Assembly: GCA_036172245.1 (NCBI GenBank)
Contig: JAYWIR010000039.1
Span: forward strand, 1,116,001 to 1,180,000
DNA length: 64,000 nucleotides
Origin: Raillietiella orientalis
Taxonomy: Eukaryota
Reading direction: 5' to 3'
Part shown: positions 62,571-64,000 of the stretch, in pieces
Position numbering within the stretch: position 1 is the stretch's first letter
How the letters are laid out: each line of letters opens with the position of its first letter
Translations under genes and position numbers: made by a program
Notes under the pieces: generated by a model
Told to the model about the DNA's origin: nothing
Seen by the model: only the letters and a program-made list of their open reading frames with translations
The model's database searches: none

Positions 62571-64000
62571 CTGGCAGGCATCGTAGAGTCTCCAAGGAGA
62601 CGGCGGATTTCACCGGTTCTGCAGGGAAAGAAGAGACAGGGTGTGACTGAGACAGGAAGGGAGGGAGAAGGGGGGTAGGAAAGCGAGCGACCGCTTCACA
62701 GGCGCTGGCACCGCCTCAGCAACGCAGGCAACGCGAGACGTGAACGGCGGAGCCACAGAGCAGAATGCTCTCCTCGGAGTGGCAAGCTCCCTCTCTCGAG
62801 GAAAAGCGGAGGTAACAATAGTGCGGAGGAAACCCTCGGGATGGAGCCGACCGAAAAGGAAGCGCGCCCACTGACGCACTGCTTTCCGTCCAGGACGAGC
62901 ATCCCCACAGAGGCAGAGTCATCAGCTGCTCAGACGGCGGACCTATCGCGAAAGCTCCCTGGAAGGGGGCGAGACAGCGCCCTCATCTCTCCCTCTGGAG
63001 ATCGCACCTCCGTGGCCGTTGAGGATGGCACCGCGGTTTGGTTCCTCCAGAAGAACAGAGGACTGTGTCGGGGACCAGGAGAAGGGGGTGCGTGGGACTG
63101 TCCCAGCAAGGAAGAGTGGGAAGGGAAGAAAGGTCTCCTCCTTCGCGCTCTCCTCCCTCCCCTCCTCCTCGGCGGAGGGACCCTCCATGTCCGTCGGGAC
63201 TCAGGAGGGTCTCTGGCAGCTCTCCTTCCCACAGGCAGAGCTAGCTCCTTTCCTCCACATGTGGACAGTGTCCGAGATGGTCATACGGGTCAACCACCTC
63301 GAGGAGGAGACGCCACGCTCTTGGAGCTGCCGTGTCGACCCCTTACCCTCATCCAAACAGAGCAAGGGAGGATTCGAAGGGCGGAGAAAACAAAGGCGAC
63401 CGCAGTGCCAGGGAGGCTGTGCTGACGTTTCGGCGAAGCCGCACCCGTCCTGCGGTTCCCGTGGATGACGCGCGCCGCAGAGGACAGCTCGTCACGTAGG
63501 CGACCCCCACTACGTATGTGGAGGAAAACGCCGCCGCCAGTGCCGTTGTGTGTCCGAGGGAGACGCAAGCGGGAACTCTACGGCGTAACTCTTGGAGGAC
63601 GACGTCCCGGAGGCGCCTCGTAGACCTCCGCGGGAGACGGCAGCGAGGGGGCGTTCCGGACAGCGCCCGTCGGCAGGATACCTGTGAGCACGTAGGAACG
63701 CCAAACCCCTGTCGAACCCTCCGCTCGCCTGCATTACCTCTGCGGCTCAAGTCAGAGGGCGACCGGGAGGCACGCCTGGGCGGGTTCAAGCAAGCTGACT
63801 GCTGGCCGGTCCACCGCGCCTGCGTGAGGCAAGGACTTCCTGCGGCCCAAGGGGAGAAAGGAGGGAGCGAATCACTTCTTCTCTTCCCCGCTCGCGTGGA
63901 GTGCGGTCAAAAGGTTGAGAAGGTGACCAGCCCGGCGTGACTTGCCGCGGCCTCAGGGCTCTTCGGGGGAGACAACATTGCTTGGTTCCGTCCGAGCGAA

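Noticed and set aside
1..64000. CRISPR array, operon, prophage or large DNA virus genome
   Set aside because: There are no regularly spaced repeats, no dense coding and no viral hallmark genes. Spliceosomal introns, SINEs and microsatellites indicate animal nuclear DNA.

Overview
This is GC-rich eukaryotic (animal, probably arthropod; inference) genomic DNA, not a prokaryotic locus. Most of the supplied ORFs are spurious open frames from GC-rich or low-complexity sequence. The first ~48 kb is a transposon graveyard. It holds four copies of a ~700 bp tRNA-derived SINE, many eroded LINE ORF2 remnants, a decayed RLE-type (HERO-like) retrotransposon and two KRBA2/SCAND3/Ginger-like integrase remnants. 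It also holds two apparently host-derived coding fragments: a Shroom ASD2 pseudogene bracketed by ~250 bp inverted repeats (Pack-TIR-like), and a frameshifted unidentified fragment bracketed by a 16 bp direct repeat (retrocopy-like). The last ~16 kb holds two apparently intact minus-strand genes. One is a spliced ~730 aa coiled-coil/MYND zinc-finger gene whose splice phases all check out. The other is a single-coding-exon 532 aa unrecognised protein with PLDLS, SUMO-consensus and LC8-type motifs. They are separated by a CpG- and microsatellite-rich regulatory region and a second inverted-repeat element. All homology calls come from motif recognition by eye; no searches were run.
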